23,465 nucleotides of DNA from Archangiaceae bacterium (GTDB taxonomy: Bacteria > Myxococcota > Myxococcia > Myxococcales > Myxococcaceae), in the NCBI GenBank assembly GCA_043750125.1, contig JAYVCD010000348.1:1-23465 (forward strand). Direction: 5' to 3'. Numbering within the stretch: the stretch's first letter is position 1; each line of letters starts with the position of its first letter. The translations under genes were made by a program, and so were the position numbers. The notes under the pieces are model-generated. The model was not told the DNA's origin and made no database searches. It saw nothing but the letters and a program-made list of their open reading frames with translations. Below, piece after piece: positions 19,575 through 23,465 of this stretch.

Positions 19575-20375
19575 TTACCCCGGGGGATTTTCAGCGGCCA
19601 GCCCGTCGAAGAAGCCCGCGACCTCGTTCGCGAGCAGGGCCCGGTCGTTGTCGCGGGGAAGAATGTGAAAACCCCGGCGCAGCGTGAGCAAGCGGGCCCG
19701 GGGAAGCTGCGCCACCAACTGCTCGACGCTCTGGAAATCGACGATGTGGTCGTGCTCGGCCGCGGCGACCAGCACCGGGCACTGCACCCGGGGCACCACT
19801 TCGCGGGCGTGGTCTTGAATGGTGAACAGGTCATAGAGGCGGGCCAACGGGTAGCGCGGGATGATCGGAGCGTCGGCCCGCGCGGCGTCGTCTTCGATGT
19901 CGGTGGTCTTCTTCTCAATCCACAACCCGGTCCACTGGGCGATCGGCAACCAGCGCAGCCGTCGCAGCAGGCGACCGTCCAGCGGGCGCAACTTCCACAC
20001 CGGTGCCATCAACGCCAGGCCGTTGACCCGGTCGGGGTGGCGCGCGGCGAGCAGCATTGCCAGCAGCGCTCCCATCGACAGCCCGCCGATGAAGAGGCGC
20101 GAGTGCCCCTTGAGTTTTTCCAGCGCGTCTTCCGCCGCCTGTTCCCACTCGCGCCAGGTGACCCAGGCCATCGCTTCTGGAGCGACGCCATGGCCGGGCA
20201 GGCGAATCGCGCAGACATGAAACCCCCGGGCCGCCAGCGCCTCGCCCAGGGGTCGAACTTCCCAGGGGCTTCCGGTGAAACCGTGAATCAGCAACACGGT
20301 CGCGATCGCATCTTGGGGAGCCGGGCCCAGAGTGAAAGACGCAGTCTTCGTCTCATCCACGGCCGGGACGGTCAT
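19575..20375 (-). CDS. Alpha/beta hydrolase (carboxylesterase/monoacylglycerol lipase-like)
   Basis: LLIHGFTGSP, LPGHG, GLSMG nucleophile elbow, DHIV, GFH. Start uncertain (ATG 20375 or a nearby GTG). Confidence 0.88.
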   Translation of the reverse strand: MTVPAVDETKTASFTLGPAPQDAIATVLLIHGFTGSPWEVRPLGEALAARGFHVCAIRLPGHGVAPEAMAWVTWREWEQAAEDALEKLKGHSRLFIGGLSMGALLAMLLAARHPDRVNGLALMAPVWKLRPLDGRLLRRLRWLPIAQWTGLWIEKKTTDIEDDAARADAPIIPRYPLARLYDLFTIQDHAREVVPRVQCPVLVAAAEHDHIVDFQSVEQLVAQLPRARLLTLRRGFHILPRDNDRALLANEVAGFFDGLAAENPPG

Positions 20376-20390
20376 GGTAAGGACCTTCTC

Positions 20391-20684
20391 ATGGCCGACA
20401 GCCCGGGCAAGCCTCCTGAAATTCAGCTCCAGATTCAGCTCGACGACGATGTGGCCAACGGCACGTACGTGAACATGGCGCTGGTCAACCACACCGAGAC
20501 CGAGTTCACGCTCGACTTCATCTACGTCCAGCCCCAGCAGCCGAAAGCCAAGGTGCGTTCGCGGATCATCACCAATCCCAAGCACATGAAGCGGCTGTTG
20601 ATGGCGATTCAGGAAAACGTCGCCAAGTTCGAGGCCCGCTTTGGGCCGATCGAGATCACGGACCCCGACAACCCGGTTCATTGA
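20391..20684 (+). CDS. DUF3467-like protein
   Basis: GTYVNMALVNHTETEFTLDF..AKVRSRIITNPKHMKRL..ENVAKFEARFGPI. AAGGA SD before ATG 20391. Confidence 0.85.
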   Translation: MADSPGKPPEIQLQIQLDDDVANGTYVNMALVNHTETEFTLDFIYVQPQQPKAKVRSRIITNPKHMKRLLMAIQENVAKFEARFGPIEITDPDNPVH

Positions 20685-21493
20685 AGATGGTGCGTGTCGC
20701 CTTCGCGCTGGGTCTGCTCGCCGGGAATTTCGCGGCCGCGAAGTGCAGGGAAGACGGGCTGCTGGTCTTCCCCACCCCGGGGTCGGTCATCCCCACCAAT
20801 TCCCGGTTTCTGCTCGAAGGGGCAGGCAAAGAAAAGGGTCGCCTCGAACGCCTGGCCGCCACCGAAGAGCTGGTGCTGAAGTCCGTCGACGACGTGGTGA
20901 TGGTGAAAATCGGCAAAACCAAAGGCGTCGATTATTGGGTCAGCGACATGAACCGGGTCGCGGTGTTGCTGACGCCCAGCAAGCCGTTGCTGCCTCACCG
21001 CCAGTACACCCTGCTCATCGACCGGGTGCTGCCCAACTACGAAGTGCTCAATGAAACCGGAATGCAGACGCTGACCTGGAACACCGGCGGCGGGGCGAAG
21101 GACGTGAAAGACAGAAAAGACCCGCGGGTGACGGGCATCGACAAGACCCCGCCGAAGTACCAGGTCAAGCCCGCGGTGACCGAAGGCTTCTACCGGAAGG
21201 AAACCGAGGGCCTGACCCGCTACCTGAAGCTGGTCACCACGCTCGCGGAAGAAGCGCCTGCGTACTTCGTCGTCACCCTCAAGCGCTCACGGGGTGCGAG
21301 CAACGAGCAGAAGTACCCGGTACCCATCAACGGCGGAGAGGCGAACGTCGGGCACGACCCCTGTCACGGCAGCTTCACCTTCGAAGACGGGCGCGCGTAC
21401 AAGCTGTCGATTGAGACCTTCGATTCGGCGGGAAACAAGGCCGCCGAAGTGGTGAAGATGGAAGCACAGGCGCCCAGGCCCGGACTGCAGTGA
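20681..21493 (+). CDS. Secreted hypothetical protein (beta-rich, possibly Ig-like)
   Basis: Signal peptide ..ALGLLAGNFAAA/K; FPTPGSVIP, LTPSKPL..YTL and DSAGN motifs suggest Ig-like folds. Start TTG 20681 or ATG 20687. Confidence 0.7.
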   Translation: MKMVRVAFALGLLAGNFAAAKCREDGLLVFPTPGSVIPTNSRFLLEGAGKEKGRLERLAATEELVLKSVDDVVMVKIGKTKGVDYWVSDMNRVAVLLTPSKPLLPHRQYTLLIDRVLPNYEVLNETGMQTLTWNTGGGAKDVKDRKDPRVTGIDKTPPKYQVKPAVTEGFYRKETEGLTRYLKLVTTLAEEAPAYFVVTLKRSRGASNEQKYPVPINGGEANVGHDPCHGSFTFEDGRAYKLSIETFDSAGNKAAEVVKMEAQAPRPGLQ

Positions 21494-21496
21494 AAG

Positions 21497-21925
21497 CTAC
21501 TTCTTGTTGAAGTCGAGGGTCGCAATCGACTGATCGAAGAGGACCTCGTTGGTGTCGAGGTTCTTGACCAGAATCTTCACCGCCCACGGCTTACGGGCGG
21601 CGTCGGAATCCGCGAGGAAGCCCTGGGTCAAATTCCAGACTTCGTTCTCGTGGAACAACACGTCGTTCCACATCGACTCGTACATCACTTCGTTCTGTTG
21701 GCTGACGACCCGCAACACGATGTCCGTCTTCACCGACTTGCTCGAAGCGCTCGTCACTTCGAGGTTGAAGCTGACCCGACTGTTGGGCACCGGTTGAATC
21801 GGATTCACCGCGACCTTGGCTTCGAATCGGTAAGTGACGAAGTCCGAAGGAAGCGCGCCGACCTCTCCCCGGCACCCGGTGAGTGCCAGTAAGAGAAAAC
21901 CTACAGTGACGGACCCCTTCATCAT
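21497..21925 (-). CDS. Hypothetical lipoprotein
   Basis: MMKGSVTVGFLLLALTG-C lipobox; GAGGGAG SD upstream of ATG 21925. Confidence 0.75.
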   Translation of the reverse strand: MMKGSVTVGFLLLALTGCRGEVGALPSDFVTYRFEAKVAVNPIQPVPNSRVSFNLEVTSASSKSVKTDIVLRVVSQQNEVMYESMWNDVLFHENEVWNLTQGFLADSDAARKPWAVKILVKNLDTNEVLFDQSIATLDFNKK

Positions 21926-22066
21926 GAGAGCTCCCTCTGCGAAGGGGAGGCCATTGCAGAAGTGAATCGGTGCGGATGACGGATCAGCGAATGTGAACCT
22001 TGTTTGCAGGATTGTGGTGCATGCGCGCGGCTGCACTGGGAAGTGCAGTGAACACCGTCCTTCAGA

Positions 22067-22978
22067 TCAGCGATTCTCGGCCAGCAGCCGCATCACCACG
22101 CTGGCCAGCATCGGAGCCGCGCTCACCACCTGCAGCGGGAAGGGCGATTGGGCCGGCTGAGGCACGCTGTCGGTGCAGACCACCTTGCGAATCGGCAGCT
22201 TCGCCAGCCGCTCGAACGCCTGTCCAACGAACAGCCCGTGGGTCGCGGCGATGGTGACCTGGGGACGGGCGCCGGCCTCGAGCACGGCTTGAATCGAGGC
22301 GGAAATCGTCCCTCCGGTCGAGATCATGTCGTCGACGATGACTGGAAACAGCCCCCGCACTTCGCCGACGACTTCCCGGACCGCGACTTCGGCTCCGGAC
22401 AGTCGCTGCTTGTGAATGATCGCCACCGGCAGGTCGAGCAGCTGGGCGTAGGCCTCGGCGCGCTTCACCGCTCCGAGGTCCGGAGAAATCACCACCGCGG
22501 GCCGCGGGACATCGCTCAGCTGCGCGGCCAGGGCGGGAATCGCAGTCGCGTGTTCCAGGGGCTGGGGAAAACACCCTTCGACCGCGCGGCTGTGGAGGTC
22601 GAGGCAGACGAGGCGATCGATTCGCCCTGCCGACAACAGCTCGGCCATCACCCGCGCGCCCAGCGGCTCGCGTCCCAGCTCCCGGCGATCCTGGCGGGCG
22701 TAGCCGAGATAGGGCACCACCGCGGTGACGCTGCGCGCGCCGCCGCGATGAATCGCATCGGCCATCATCGTCAGCTCGAGCAGGTGCTCGCCGACCGGAG
22801 CGCACAGCGACTGCAACACGAACACGTCCTGCCCGCGCACGTCGCACTGCACTTCGATTTGCGATTCGCCGTCGGGGAACCGTTCGATGCAGCACTCGCC
22901 CAACGGAAAACCGAGCTGGCGCGCGAGCGCGGTGGCCAGCGATGGATGCGACGAACCTGCCAGAAGGGTGAAGGCCAC
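22067..22978 (-). CDS. prs: Ribose-phosphate pyrophosphokinase
   Basis: RFPDGE, PYLGYARQDR, LDLHS, SPDLGAVKRA, IVDDMISTGGT. GTG 22978 start. Confidence 0.95.
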   Translation of the reverse strand: MAFTLLAGSSHPSLATALARQLGFPLGECCIERFPDGESQIEVQCDVRGQDVFVLQSLCAPVGEHLLELTMMADAIHRGGARSVTAVVPYLGYARQDRRELGREPLGARVMAELLSAGRIDRLVCLDLHSRAVEGCFPQPLEHATAIPALAAQLSDVPRPAVVISPDLGAVKRAEAYAQLLDLPVAIIHKQRLSGAEVAVREVVGEVRGLFPVIVDDMISTGGTISASIQAVLEAGARPQVTIAATHGLFVGQAFERLAKLPIRKVVCTDSVPQPAQSPFPLQVVSAAPMLASVVMRLLAENR

Positions 22979-23043
22979 GGTTCGTGCGTTGTAGCCCAGG
23001 ACCGCCGACCGTCTGAAAAGGTCGGCGGCCGAAGAGGAGCTCT

Positions 23044-23465
23044 TTAGAACTGGTTCCAGAGGTACTGGTTGGTGACCTCGTGGTGGAACTGGATTTCCGA
23101 GGTCTTCACCCGCGCGCCCAGCGCCTTCGGGCACCGCTCGGCCTGCAGGTTCTTCAGCTCGGCGAACTTCTCATGCACCTTGTCGCCGTAGATGGCCTGG
23201 GCGAACTTGCTGCCTTTGAAGAGCCGGTTCGCGTCGTAGATGTTGTCCGGCAGGAAGCGGGTGCGGGACTTCTTGCCCGCGTCCTCGTTCGAGATCGGCC
23301 CTTCGAGCCCGGTGCGCAAGATCGTGTAGACGCTCATGTACGGGTTCGAGTCCGGCGCCACGCTGCGCACCTCGATGCGCGCCGACTTCTCGTTGCCCAG
23401 CGGGATGCGCACCATCGCGCCGCGATCGATCGCCGATGCCTTGATCTGGTTGGGCGCCTCGAAGT
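23044..23465 (-). CDS. glnA: Glutamine synthetase, C-terminal part (gene starts beyond window)
   Basis: EAPNQIKASAIDRGAMVRIP..SARIEVRSVAPDSNPY; frame open to the right edge. Confidence 0.88.
   Translation of the reverse strand, partial: FEAPNQIKASAIDRGAMVRIPLGNEKSARIEVRSVAPDSNPYMSVYTILRTGLEGPISNEDAGKKSRTRFLPDNIYDANRLFKGSKFAQAIYGDKVHEKFAELKNLQAERCPKALGARVKTSEIQFHHEVTNQYLWNQF

Noticed and set aside
22031-22048. Hairpin CTGCACT-GGGA-AGTGCAG downstream of prs
   Set aside because: No U-tract on either strand and a single copy only; function cannot be supported.

Overview
GC-rich bacterial DNA whose gene content suggests a myxobacterium/deltaproteobacterium (inference). Left to right: (1) a minus-strand three-gene cell-envelope operon: secreted two-CxxCH cytochrome c-like protein, lipoprotein, and a Tat-exported DUF1501-like lipoprotein that runs off the left edge and is missing from the ORF track; (2) an ADP-ribosylglycohydrolase-family gene with altered metal motifs; (3) an unannotated ~135-nt transcript candidate with three hairpins, a perfect Shine-Dalgarno (SD) sequence and a 13-codon ORF; (4) a stand-alone atpD-atpC unit with a Cys-free glutaredoxin-like gene; (5) TPR, beta-barrel and thioredoxin genes; (6) a sulfur locus: cysE divergent from Rrf2 regulator, DUF2292-like peptide, twin covarying RNA hairpins, internally deleted porin pseudogene, then sbp-cysT-cysW-cysA-cysK; (7) hydrolase-glpK-lipoprotein-MATE; (8) DUF3467-like gene, two exported hypotheticals, prs and the 3' end of glnA. 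No mobile elements, CRISPR arrays, tRNA or rRNA seen. The best novelty candidates are the twin-hairpin/DUF2292 module, the SD-containing small RNA and the cytochrome/DUF1501 operon. Family assignments come from recalled motifs, not database searches.
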